This document shows positions 17,794-28,140 of a stretch of 62,023 nt of DNA, one piece after another. The notes below the pieces were generated by a model. That model made no database searches and had not been told where the DNA came from. It worked only from the letters and a program-made list of their open reading frames with translations. Source of the stretch: Thermoplasmatota archaeon (lineage in GTDB: Archaea; Thermoplasmatota; E2; DHVEG-1); the NCBI GenBank assembly GCA_046496795.1, contig JAWOGM010000039.1, positions 1 to 62,023 on the forward strand. Reading direction: 5' to 3'. Within the stretch, counting starts at the first letter, position 1. Each line of letters starts with the position of its first letter. A program made the position numbers and the translations under genes.

Positions 17794-19132
17794 TATGATT
17801 TTTAAAAACAGAGAGCAATTAATTAACAATGGTCAAACCTCTGAAATAAAACATAAACGTGAAGATGTTCTTGAGATACTTAACGCAGCAGTCCACGCAG
17901 TTGATCCGTATATCTCAGTTAAAAACAGAATTAAAGAATCAAAAATAGTATGTGAAGATAAAACAATTGATCCTACTTGTTTTGATACTATTTACCTTAT
18001 AGGTTTTGGTAAAGCAAGTGCAGGAATGGCTCAAGCTATTTGTGATAATATAACGATTCATTCAGGTGTTGTTATAACTAATGATTCAAAAGCAATAATC
18101 AACCATAAAAACATTGAAGTTATCATTGGCAGTCACCCTCTTCCTGATAATAAAAGTATACAAGGTGCTGAAAAGGCGTTAGAAATTGCGTTGAAATGTA
18201 CAGAACGTGATTTGCTGATTGTATTAATTTCTGGTGGTGGATCTGCAGTATTGTGTAAACCTCGAGTAAATTTGGTCGATCTTCAAGATACAACTGATTT
18301 ACTTCTCCGCTCAGGTGCTACTATAAACGAAATTAATACAATACGAAAACATCTCTCCCATGTAAAAGGAGGACAACTCGTTAAATATACCAAGGCAACT
18401 GTTGTGTCTCTGGTGATATCTGATATTGTTTATGATCCCTTGGAATTTATCGCCTCAGGGCCAACATATCCTGATTCAACAACCTTTACTGATGCATTTC
18501 AAATATTACGGCGATATCATATCTGGAAGAAGATTCCTCATTCTGTACAAAACGTCATCAAAAACGGTATAAAGGGAGAAATTACGGAAACCCCAAAGCC
18601 TGATGATCAACTTTTTGAGAAGGTAAATCATTGCATAATTGCAAATAATTTACTTGCCTGTATAGCAGCTGAGAATCAAGCTAAAAAGTTAGGATATCAG
18701 ACGATGCTGTTGACTACAAGTTTAACAGGTGAAGCCCGAGAAATAGGACGATATCTTATTGATAAAGCAACATCCTATCAGTCGCTAAAGAATGATTGGG
18801 TTTTTATTTCAGGTGGTGAAACAACAGTAACGGTAAAAGGATCAGGAAGTGGTGGGAGGAATCAGGAAATGGTTTTAGGTGTTGTTGAAAAAATTGCTGA
18901 GAGCGGTATTGTTTTTGCATCGTTAGGAACTGATGGAATTGATGGGGGATCTGATGCAGCTGGTGCTATAGCCGATGGTTTTACATTTCAGAGGGGGAAA
19001 AACAAAAATCTTGATCCCGATGAGTTTTTAAAAAATAATAATTCGTACATGTTTTTTAAACCATTGGGAGATTTGTTTCTCACCGGTCCAACAGGGACTA
19101 ATGTGATGGATATTCAGATACTTGTAGTATAA
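17783..19132 (+). CDS. glycerate 2-kinase / hydroxypyruvate reductase family (DUF4147 + MOFRL)
   Basis: GFGKASAGMAQA, ISGGGSA, HLSHVKGGQL, GGETTVTVKGSGSGGRNQEMVL, GTDGIDG. The start could instead be ATG 17795, just after the srp54 stop. Confidence 0.8.
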   Translation: MENNMIFKNREQLINNGQTSEIKHKREDVLEILNAAVHAVDPYISVKNRIKESKIVCEDKTIDPTCFDTIYLIGFGKASAGMAQAICDNITIHSGVVITNDSKAIINHKNIEVIIGSHPLPDNKSIQGAEKALEIALKCTERDLLIVLISGGGSAVLCKPRVNLVDLQDTTDLLLRSGATINEINTIRKHLSHVKGGQLVKYTKATVVSLVISDIVYDPLEFIASGPTYPDSTTFTDAFQILRRYHIWKKIPHSVQNVIKNGIKGEITETPKPDDQLFEKVNHCIIANNLLACIAAENQAKKLGYQTMLLTTSLTGEAREIGRYLIDKATSYQSLKNDWVFISGGETTVTVKGSGSGGRNQEMVLGVVEKIAESGIVFASLGTDGIDGGSDAAGAIADGFTFQRGKNKNLDPDEFLKNNNSYMFFKPLGDLFLTGPTGTNVMDIQILVV

Positions 19133-19397
19133 GATTATTTGGAAAATAGTTGGAAAAACTATAAGTTTTTATAACTAAAAAATAAAAATTAAAAAAAATA
19201 AAAACACAATATTTATTAGAATATAAATCGTATTATAAATTTATGACAATCAAAATACTGCTCCAAAAACAGTATATAAACTGCAAAACAATAGGAGTAA
19301 GAAAGAAAAAAATGATAAGAAATGTATAACAAAGTATTTAAGTACATGAAATTAATATAATAACTAATTAATTTATATAGAAGGAGATTGAAAAAAT

Positions 19398-22300
19398 ATG
19401 CATACCTTCACCAAAATAAAAAAATCAATCAGTCTTATTACATTACTTCTTATTATATTTGTATCATTATCTCCTATTACAAACGCCGCTATCACTATAA
19501 ATGATGATGATGGTATATGGTCTGAAGACTTTATCTATCAAGACCTAGGTCAAGCAGAAGAAAACCTCATTATTCAAAACTCTAGCATTGATCTAACAAG
19601 TGGGGTGATTTCTTTACCTCATGATACCCGTCCACGAGTCTATAATTTTGCTGAAAAAGATTTCCCGCATAAAGCATCAATACATAGGTCAATTAATTTA
19701 GGAACAGGCTTTTTTAGCTCATTTTTTAACACGCCAGACAACCCCCGATTCTCAGAATTTAATGCTCGTGAATATAACGCAATAAAAGAAAAAGATAACA
19801 ACTTACTTGTCACTCGTCAATCAGTAGGATTTATTTTTAGACAAGTTATTCAAGAATATCGATTCCAACTTGATGTTGGACCTGAATCAATCGGGGAGAT
19901 TAAAATATATTGGAAGGGTGCTGCTGAAAATATACAAGATCTCAAAATATATTATTGGCGATTTGGACCATATCAACTTGCATCAAAATGGATACAACTT
20001 GACAGTACTCAAAATGCTACAGGTACGATAATATTTAACGAAACAATTGATGAAGACAATGCAGAACTTGCCATTATGGAAAACAACTATTTTTATGTAC
20101 GAGTTGTGGCAACTGCACCCTTTATACTAAGAACCTGCTCCTTATCTGTGGATTATATTGAAGTTATTTCAAAATCAGAAAAAGCATATGAACCTGGACC
20201 AGGTTATATAACAACAAAAAATCCAATATCACCTCCACAAAAAGATTTTTATTGGGAAATGTTAACTTGGAGTGATTATCAGCCAGATAAAACTCAAATA
20301 CGATATCAAGTGATGTACGATCCAAAAGATGACGGAAAAATTGTACCTATACCAGATAACTATTTCTCAGGATCCAATACTAAAGGTTTCACCCAATCCC
20401 CCATATATTTAAACAATATACCCACGTCTGGACCAGATGCCATCACTGAGTTATATATACGGTCAAATCTAACAAGCGAAACATCTTCACAAACACCTAA
20501 ACTATATAATTGGGCAGTTACCTGGCAAACAAATACAAAAGAATGGTCTGATTCATTTAATTCATCATATAGAATAGAATCAAAAACAATGATTAATGTA
20601 GATGATGGTTCCATCAACATTTCCTCATTGCAAGGAGAGTGGCCAATGATGGGATATAATCCTCAAAACACCAGGGCTACTGATTCAAAAGGACCGCAAA
20701 ACAAAAATCCTCCATTACAGTGGTATACCAGTATGGATGATGCTGTTGGTGGCGGTTTTAATAACCCGGTAATTGGTGACGGCTTTCTTTATATTTTTAA
20801 TCATAGTGGTTATTTATTAAGATATGACATACAAGGACTTAATGTAGATAAACCAGATAGTATTGATTTAGTAGCTCGTGAATACTATAACTCCCCTCTC
20901 TTAACTGAAGAGTTTATTATTGTTGCTTCGGGGCATTCAAAAGATGGAGGTAGTGAGTTAAATTATATTTTTGGAGTTAGTAAAGATTTCACTAATATAT
21001 GGAAATTTAAATATGAAGAAAAAATAAGCTATTATGCTTCACCTGTAGTATATGATAATAAATTATTCATAACATCATGGACAGGAGATACCAAATTATT
21101 TTCAGATTTAGATACAAACAAAGTTATTGCTTTAGATTTAAATAAAGTCCCAACATCAGGAGAATTTACCACCACCCATGATGCATTTTTATGGGAATAT
21201 ACCCTTCCAGCAGGAAGTTACTCTACCCCTGCAGTATATAATGATATGGTTTTTGTTGCCTGTAAATCAAAAATGTCTCAGCATGATACCTTCTTTGTAT
21301 TAGATGCAGAAGGAAATGGAGATAAAACAACAAACCTGCTCTGGTCCGCAGATGTAGGATCTGTTGAAAGATCCTCACCAGTCATCTATGATAATACAGT
21401 TTTTATTACATCAAAAAAACAGTCAGGATTATTTGTAACAGCTTTAGATATCAATCCAGAAAGCACGGAAAGAATCCTCTGGGAAAATCAGATATGTTTC
21501 GCACTTCCTTTTGCTGCAAACGCTGATTCAACACCAGCAGTATACAATGAAGTATTGTATGTTGCCTCACTAAGAGGGAATATTTATGCATTAAATACAA
21601 AAACAGGTGCTATCATATGGCAAAAAGAAGTTTATTCAACTCTGCGGAAAAACTTAGTAACTTCATCTCCAGCGTATGCTGACGGGCATATCTATATTGG
21701 TACACCTTCTGGAAAAACTATTGCACTTAACACCAGAGATAACGGTTCAATTGCCTGGGAACGAAGAACATTTGAAAATGAATACTTTGCAAGATCACCA
21801 ATATATTCTTCACCTATTATCTCTAATGGTATGCTATTTATCTCTGATGAAGATGGAACATTATACGCCTATGGTGCTTATGAGGAGTTAAATAGAGAGA
21901 TGACCGGGGCATTTACCTCAATTTCTATCAATCTACCAACAGGAGCATGGTGGGGTCAATTCCACGCAAACTATACAAAACCAGATGGAAGTACGATACG
22001 ATTCAGCATCCTTGACAATAACAAAGAAAATCTTCGAGATGTGTCAACTGGAGATAATCTTAACCTAGGGGAGTTACCCGGCCTTCGAACAATTTATCTC
22101 AAAGCTGAATTAAGCGCTGATAATCTATCAGTAAACCCAAGTATAAATTCATGGAAAATAACCTTTAAGGTAGATAATCATCCACCAAATATAGTCAAAA
22201 GAAGCTTTAAACCAAATCCCGATGGATGGCTTAACACAACGACACCAAAATTCAGCATAGAAGTATGGGATAATCAGACAGGATTATATCTGGAAAAATC

Positions 22301-23588
22301 AGAGTACACTCTTAAGTATGATACTGAAAATAACAAAAACTTGACGTATAAAAACGTACCAGCGTATACCGGTTCAAACGGAGTGAATTTTTCTGTCCTA
22401 AGTGTTGATATATCAACATTACCATTTGCAGAAAATACTACCAGATTGAGAGAAATCACGTTCAAAGTAAAAGATTTTGGCAATAATACTGCTTCTCAAA
22501 AATTTGAATTAAAACAAGATATTCTAAAACCAATTTCAATCATAAGCGATGAAACAAATGGATCACAATTTAATACCGAATATGTCATCATAAATGCAAC
22601 AGCGCAAGATCCCGGTGATAAAACCTCAGCAAGTGGGGTTGACCTAGTTGAATTATACTACCGTTATTCATTAACACCTACTTTTTCTGGAAATTGGATC
22701 TATTATGACGAATCAAAAAATCCAGAGCCAACTCGGGAGTTTAAGCCAAGTTGGGAGTTTATCAATAAAAAAGGCGGTGGATACTATGAGCTTTGTACAA
22801 TAGCATATGATGTCGTCGGAAATGTCGAAGAATTCCCTGATAAAGGAGATACCAACTTTATTATGGATAACAAATCCCCCAGTAAACCAGTATACCCTGA
22901 AGAAAATTGGTTTAAAGAGCGTCCAAGCATATCAATAGAATTCAGCGATGATTTCTTACTGCATACCATAAAATATCAACCTAACTTTGATACATCTGAA
23001 TGGATAACCATTGCATCAAACATAAGCAAAAGAACATATAATGAACCATGGCAGCTCAAAGAAGAATTTTGGCAAATGATGGATAACGAAAAACAATATG
23101 TCTTGATGTTTTGGATTAATGACACCCTTGGCAATGAGCGGATAATAACCCAGGATCAGGGATATATCATATATAAGGACCAAAATAAACCATATGTTGA
23201 CGTCACCCTACCCTATATGGATACTCGATGGAGCTTAGATGACACATTAATCATTTCAGCATTTGCCCATGATGGTGATGGATCAGGTGTTGAATCGGTT
23301 GAACTCTTCTATCGCTATTCTGAAAATGGAACATTTATAGGGGCATGGATAAGTTATGGAATTCTGACATCAGAGCCATTTGAATGGGAATTTGAAGCCA
23401 TTGAAGGGGATGGATATTATGAATTTAAAATAGTTGTTGAGGATGCCGCGGGAAATGTCGCAGAATCAGATATTATTTCTACAGGTGTCAATCTCTTTCC
23501 CACAGCTCTTGTTGCTACAATGATTGTGCTTATAATCGCGCTAGGAGTACTATCACTTTTCATTATTATAAAATGGAGAAAAAAATAA
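19398..23588 (+). CDS. 1396-aa cell-surface protein: signal peptide, PQQ-like beta-propeller, tandem Ig-like modules, C-terminal TM anchor
   Basis: Signal ISLITLLLIIFVSLSPITNA. Repeated propeller blades (ASPVVYDNKLFITS, STPAVYNDMVFVAC, SSPVIYDNTVFITS, STPAVYNEVLYVAS..GNIYALNTKTGAIIWQ, SSPAYADGHIYIGT, SSPIISNGMLFISDEDGTLYAYG). C-terminal TM ALVATMIVLIIALGVLSLFIII followed by KWRKK. GGAG lies 12 nt upstream of the ATG. Confidence 0.8.
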   Translation: MHTFTKIKKSISLITLLLIIFVSLSPITNAAITINDDDGIWSEDFIYQDLGQAEENLIIQNSSIDLTSGVISLPHDTRPRVYNFAEKDFPHKASIHRSINLGTGFFSSFFNTPDNPRFSEFNAREYNAIKEKDNNLLVTRQSVGFIFRQVIQEYRFQLDVGPESIGEIKIYWKGAAENIQDLKIYYWRFGPYQLASKWIQLDSTQNATGTIIFNETIDEDNAELAIMENNYFYVRVVATAPFILRTCSLSVDYIEVISKSEKAYEPGPGYITTKNPISPPQKDFYWEMLTWSDYQPDKTQIRYQVMYDPKDDGKIVPIPDNYFSGSNTKGFTQSPIYLNNIPTSGPDAITELYIRSNLTSETSSQTPKLYNWAVTWQTNTKEWSDSFNSSYRIESKTMINVDDGSINISSLQGEWPMMGYNPQNTRATDSKGPQNKNPPLQWYTSMDDAVGGGFNNPVIGDGFLYIFNHSGYLLRYDIQGLNVDKPDSIDLVAREYYNSPLLTEEFIIVASGHSKDGGSELNYIFGVSKDFTNIWKFKYEEKISYYASPVVYDNKLFITSWTGDTKLFSDLDTNKVIALDLNKVPTSGEFTTTHDAFLWEYTLPAGSYSTPAVYNDMVFVACKSKMSQHDTFFVLDAEGNGDKTTNLLWSADVGSVERSSPVIYDNTVFITSKKQSGLFVTALDINPESTERILWENQICFALPFAANADSTPAVYNEVLYVASLRGNIYALNTKTGAIIWQKEVYSTLRKNLVTSSPAYADGHIYIGTPSGKTIALNTRDNGSIAWERRTFENEYFARSPIYSSPIISNGMLFISDEDGTLYAYGAYEELNREMTGAFTSISINLPTGAWWGQFHANYTKPDGSTIRFSILDNNKENLRDVSTGDNLNLGELPGLRTIYLKAELSADNLSVNPSINSWKITFKVDNHPPNIVKRSFKPNPDGWLNTTTPKFSIEVWDNQTGLYLEKSEYTLKYDTENNKNLTYKNVPAYTGSNGVNFSVLSVDISTLPFAENTTRLREITFKVKDFGNNTASQKFELKQDILKPISIISDETNGSQFNTEYVIINATAQDPGDKTSASGVDLVELYYRYSLTPTFSGNWIYYDESKNPEPTREFKPSWEFINKKGGGYYELCTIAYDVVGNVEEFPDKGDTNFIMDNKSPSKPVYPEENWFKERPSISIEFSDDFLLHTIKYQPNFDTSEWITIASNISKRTYNEPWQLKEEFWQMMDNEKQYVLMFWINDTLGNERIITQDQGYIIYKDQNKPYVDVTLPYMDTRWSLDDTLIISAFAHDGDGSGVESVELFYRYSENGTFIGAWISYGILTSEPFEWEFEAIEGDGYYEFKIVVEDAAGNVAESDIISTGVNLFPTALVATMIVLIIALGVLSLFIIIKWRKK

Positions 23589-23597
23589 GCATTCTCC

Positions 23598-24086
23598 TTA
23601 TTTTTCTGTTGCTATCTTTTTGACAAGTACTGCAACTCTCTTCCCTAATTGTTCTGCATGTCTGGCATCTTCTTGAGTAGGAACTCCAACACAAGAAACA
23701 CCATAATGCCCACCAGAATCTAACGGATCACCAACAATAATCATTCCATAGATCAATAATGCCTGAAGAATAGAGATTAAGGTGGTTTCTTTACCACCAG
23801 AGAGATCACCAGATGTAGCAAAAGCAGCACCTACAGTATCACTCATCTTTTTTCGAACGCCAACAAACTTATCCAAAACATCTTTAACCGGTGCAGCCAT
23901 TGAACCAAAATATACTGGGGAACCAACAATAATGCCATCTGCACAGACAAAATCTTTTTCTTTCACTTCAGAAACAGATTTAAGCATACAATTTACATCT
24001 TCTATTTGCTGAACTCCTTTTGCAACTTCATTGGCAAGTTTTTTCGTATTTCCAGTTTTTGAATAATACATAACTAATACATTCAT
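23598..24086 (-). CDS. flavodoxin-like fold protein (WrbA-type NAD(P)H dehydrogenase-like)
   Basis: MNVLVMYYSKTGNTKKLA FMN-binding loop and GSPVYFGSM motif. Confidence 0.75.
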   Translation of the reverse strand: MNVLVMYYSKTGNTKKLANEVAKGVQQIEDVNCMLKSVSEVKEKDFVCADGIIVGSPVYFGSMAAPVKDVLDKFVGVRKKMSDTVGAAFATSGDLSGGKETTLISILQALLIYGMIIVGDPLDSGGHYGVSCVGVPTQEDARHAEQLGKRVAVLVKKIATEK

Positions 24087-24143
24087 TAAAACAACCTCAC
24101 ACTCCTACATACCTACAATGTATAAAAATATAATTAACTACTA

Positions 24144-26969
24144 TCATTCAATATAGATAGCAGGACGCAAAGGAACTGCAAACCTAGATTTATGTAAAGG
24201 ATCATAGATATTTTCTTCATCACTAGCATAGATTTCAATATCTGAAGAAAATAGATCACTTAGATATTTTTTTGATAATTGCAAATATTTTTTTTCATCA
24301 ATATCAACCAGATATCGTTCACGATCAGATTCATTGAGTTTATTTATTTCACTTGGAAGTCTTCCAATATATGAAGAAACTTCTTTTGCTTGAGATTTTA
24401 ACCTAGGATCACTTAACGCTTTTTTTATCAGAACACCGGGTTGCAGATTACCTGATTGAGCAATATTTATAGCTTGCGTAAATACATCTTTTTTCCAATT
24501 GGGTGACACATAGATGCAGATTTTTTGTGGTTTGATTTTCGTTACTTTTAATATTTCACCGATATCTTCAATAATTGCCAACAAAAGATATTCACCAACC
24601 TCTACTTCAGCATCTAACTTGTTTTCATTAAAACTGGGAAATGATGCTTTCGAGACAAATCCGGAGTGTCCACTAGCCACCCAGAGTTCTTCAGCTAGAT
24701 GAGGTGCAATTGGAGAAATCAATGGAATCCAAGCCGATAAAAAGTGGTGTAGAACTTTTTTATTTCCACCACCTCTTTTAATATACCATTGAATGGTTCG
24801 TTGCATTTCAAAGAAAACCTCATTTGCTGCGATCCGAAGATCAAAATGTTCAAACGCATCAGAAATGGTTTTGATATGACGATACAGCCTACTAATCAAC
24901 CAATTATCAATATGGTTTATTTCTGATTCATCTTTCTTTGACAACTCAATAATGAAATTATACAGACTACTAATTCTATTTTTATATTTATTAACAATGT
25001 CAGCATCCCATTCAATATCAACAAAAGGAGAACCAACATGAGTATAATACAAACGCATGGCATCAACACCATACAATCTGGCAGCTTCAAGAATTGGCTC
25101 AGCACCGCCTTTTGATTTACTTATTTTTTCTTTCCCTTTTTGTGTCACCCACCAATGAACAAATAAGCCTTGTGGACATTTTTCCTTAGGCATGATTGCA
25201 ACATGATTCATGATATAAACAGGGAAATGAACTGTTTTATGTTCTTTTCCGCCAAGATTAATATCAACAGGATACCAATAATCAAAACTTGATTTCACCT
25301 CTTCCCACATCTTGTTACGAGGCGAACCTATCCCAAGAAAAACATAATCAAAAAATTCACCAGTCATCTCATCGACTGAAAGTTTTTGTTCATTAACAAA
25401 TTTTGAAATAATATAATATGCTGGATATAAAGTCGAATCAGAAATTGGCTCAATAATCCAATCTTTTTTAAAAGGAAATTCAGTTCCCAGCCATGAACCT
25501 TTTCTGATAACAGCTCTATCATCAAACCAGTCAAGAATTTTTGGTAGATCCTCTTTATATTCAGAAGGATAAATATTCATAGTCTGTGCATACTGTTTTG
25601 ACTCATTGGTTAACTGTTCATCACTATATTTAATAAACCATTGATCAGGGATATTTTTTATAACAACATGTTCTTTACATCGACAAATAACATCTTCTGA
25701 AAACTCTCTCATAACTGCAGCTTGGTTCTCAGCAATAAGATCATTTTTTACGGTATCTTTAATATCAGAGATCTTAACCCCTTCATATATTCCGCAGTGT
25801 TTATTTAAAACCCCTGTATGAAACTCTTTTTTATAGACAAGTTCAGTTGCTTCATCAAGCTTCTCTGTTTGATTTTGACTAATAATTTGTAAACTATCAC
25901 AAACTTGCTTGGCAAAATTACCAGAAAAATCTTTGACATCAATAATACAGATAGGATCAATGTTCTGTTTTGACTCCACCAATGCAATCCAATCATACGG
26001 TGCATGAGCAGGAACAGACATAACAATTCCCGTGGCAATTTTTGGATCAGCAAAAGTACCCGAAAGAATTGGAATCTCTCTACCAATTTTTGGTATAGTA
26101 CAACTTTTACCGATTAATTGTTGCCCTGAAATTGTTTCCTGAAGATAAACAATGGAATCATACTGATAGGAAAGCTTATTGATACATTCCTGGGAACAAA
26201 TCCATACTTCATCGTTAACTTTTATTTTATGATATTCAACAGATGGATTCACCCACATATTGGTCACACCAAAAATGGTTTCTGGGCGAAGTGTTGCTGC
26301 AGGCAGAATCGTCCCATCAGATAATTTAAATTTAATTATAGTAAATTCTAAAATCTCTGATGAACCACCACAAAGTACATCTGTTTCTGATTTATCAACA
26401 GCAACAGGGCCACAATGAGGGCAAAAAGGAGCAAAATGTGGTTTTTGTATCAACAGCTGTTTGTCATTAAGTTTTTGAAACTGCCATGAAATAAATTTTT
26501 TATATCCATCAGAAATTGTATTCATCAAGCGTGAATAATCAATAAAAAAACCAAAACGCTTCCAATAATCTTCGACATACACCGTACTAAAATATTTCAC
26601 TACTTCATAAGGATCAATAAGTTTTTTTATCAATTCAGTTGAACATCCGTTTTTCTTCAATATGTCAATGGTTTCTTTATCAGCTCGTTCAACTTTTTTT
26701 GCAAAACCAACAGAGGGAATTCCAGAAGCATGAAACCCTGCAGGAAACAAAACATCATACCCCCTCATTTTTTTATAGCGAGCAATAACATCACAATAGG
26801 TAAATCCCCGCATATGACCAACATGTAAATATCCAGATACACCAGGATAAGCAAAATGAATGAAAAATTTTTTTTTATTTTTCTCTACTGCAATATTTAT
26901 CTGTTCGTTAAACCATTTATGCTGCCATGATTTTTCAACAGCTATATAGTCATATTTTTTTTGTTGCAT
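24144..26969 (-). CDS. leuS: leucyl-tRNA synthetase (archaeal type)
   Basis: HIGH-type motif YPGVSGYLHVGHMRG, KMSKS-type KISKSKG, CP1 editing insertion; 941 aa. Confidence 0.95.
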   Translation of the reverse strand: MQQKKYDYIAVEKSWQHKWFNEQINIAVEKNKKKFFIHFAYPGVSGYLHVGHMRGFTYCDVIARYKKMRGYDVLFPAGFHASGIPSVGFAKKVERADKETIDILKKNGCSTELIKKLIDPYEVVKYFSTVYVEDYWKRFGFFIDYSRLMNTISDGYKKFISWQFQKLNDKQLLIQKPHFAPFCPHCGPVAVDKSETDVLCGGSSEILEFTIIKFKLSDGTILPAATLRPETIFGVTNMWVNPSVEYHKIKVNDEVWICSQECINKLSYQYDSIVYLQETISGQQLIGKSCTIPKIGREIPILSGTFADPKIATGIVMSVPAHAPYDWIALVESKQNIDPICIIDVKDFSGNFAKQVCDSLQIISQNQTEKLDEATELVYKKEFHTGVLNKHCGIYEGVKISDIKDTVKNDLIAENQAAVMREFSEDVICRCKEHVVIKNIPDQWFIKYSDEQLTNESKQYAQTMNIYPSEYKEDLPKILDWFDDRAVIRKGSWLGTEFPFKKDWIIEPISDSTLYPAYYIISKFVNEQKLSVDEMTGEFFDYVFLGIGSPRNKMWEEVKSSFDYWYPVDINLGGKEHKTVHFPVYIMNHVAIMPKEKCPQGLFVHWWVTQKGKEKISKSKGGAEPILEAARLYGVDAMRLYYTHVGSPFVDIEWDADIVNKYKNRISSLYNFIIELSKKDESEINHIDNWLISRLYRHIKTISDAFEHFDLRIAANEVFFEMQRTIQWYIKRGGGNKKVLHHFLSAWIPLISPIAPHLAEELWVASGHSGFVSKASFPSFNENKLDAEVEVGEYLLLAIIEDIGEILKVTKIKPQKICIYVSPNWKKDVFTQAINIAQSGNLQPGVLIKKALSDPRLKSQAKEVSSYIGRLPSEINKLNESDRERYLVDIDEKKYLQLSKKYLSDLFSSDIEIYASDEENIYDPLHKSRFAVPLRPAIYIE

Positions 26970-27078
26970 AATTTTTTACTCGCCTGGGAAATGAAAAATC
27001 TTTTATATAATATTTCGTGTAATTTTAGCAACAATTACGCTAAAAAAATAATAGTACAAGATGACCTCTGAGATTATT

Positions 27079-27984
27079 CTATGAATGATGTTCAAGTAAA
27101 AACAAAACACCTTTACGTGTGAGTTTGACCTCATTATCAGTAACATGGGTAAGTATTCCAGAATCAAGGAATTTCTTAACCATTTTATCAATGTCCGGCT
27201 TTGAAATATGTAATAAAACCTTAGCCATATCAATATCAAGATCTCTGGAATAGATAGTTTCGAGGAATTCATATTCTTTTTTTGAAACCTCAATCATTGT
27301 ACTTGTAATTTCTTCAGGTTCTTGTACAATTGTATAGCGATTAACATAATCTTCAACTAGATAATCAAGCTCAAGTTTATCAAGAAGAGAACCATCTGAT
27401 TTGTAAAGAGTGCAAACATTGTTATTATATTTCCATGTTGATACATCCTTCCAGCTATAGTCTAAAATAGGTTCTTGTTTTTTAGATTTTATACTTGTTT
27501 TATCAGGATGTTCAGAGTCTAGAGGTTCTTTTTGAGATTGATTAACATATTTTCTGTCTTTCTTAGCATATAGTAAATGCTGTTCTTTTTGAATGAGATC
27601 AAAATCTATGCCATTGCTTTGTAATATCTGAACATATTCATTTCCAAGATGTTCTTTAATTTCTTTGATAAAATAAAGACCGGCATCATCTTCAAGTTGA
27701 TTATAAACCTCACGCAGTATGTGATGAATTGACTTTGCTATTTGAGAGATTGGAACATTATTTATTTCATCTGAAATTGTAATAAGTTCATGGTTTTCTG
27801 AATAAAAGTCATCATGTATTGTTATAGATCGTAAAAAGCTATATTGTTTTTTAAGTGTGAAAATAACGCTATTTACAATCGTTATAATATAGCTATTAAA
27901 GGTTCTTCGTCCAGTAACTTCTATAATAGCGCTTATAACATCCCTCATAATATCTGATTTTATTATTTCAGACATATTCCTCAC
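27079..27984 (-). CDS. hypothetical protein with possible C-terminal winged-helix segment
   Basis: 301 aa with no catalytic motif. The C-terminal about 60 aa (MAKVLLHISKPDIDKMVKKFLDSGILTHVTDNEVKLTRKG) look wHTH-like. Confidence 0.45.
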   Translation of the reverse strand: MRNMSEIIKSDIMRDVISAIIEVTGRRTFNSYIITIVNSVIFTLKKQYSFLRSITIHDDFYSENHELITISDEINNVPISQIAKSIHHILREVYNQLEDDAGLYFIKEIKEHLGNEYVQILQSNGIDFDLIQKEQHLLYAKKDRKYVNQSQKEPLDSEHPDKTSIKSKKQEPILDYSWKDVSTWKYNNNVCTLYKSDGSLLDKLELDYLVEDYVNRYTIVQEPEEITSTMIEVSKKEYEFLETIYSRDLDIDMAKVLLHISKPDIDKMVKKFLDSGILTHVTDNEVKLTRKGVLFLLEHHS

Positions 27985-28140
27985 AATTCATAATAGAATA
28001 AGGGTTTATAAAACCACGTAGTTTTATATATTTAATCTTGAAATGCTTTTAAGTATAACTGGGTATATTTTTATAAAGAATAGTAAAAAAAACTATCCAA
28101 AAAAATAAAAAAAAAATGGCAATATAGCTAATTTTTAACG

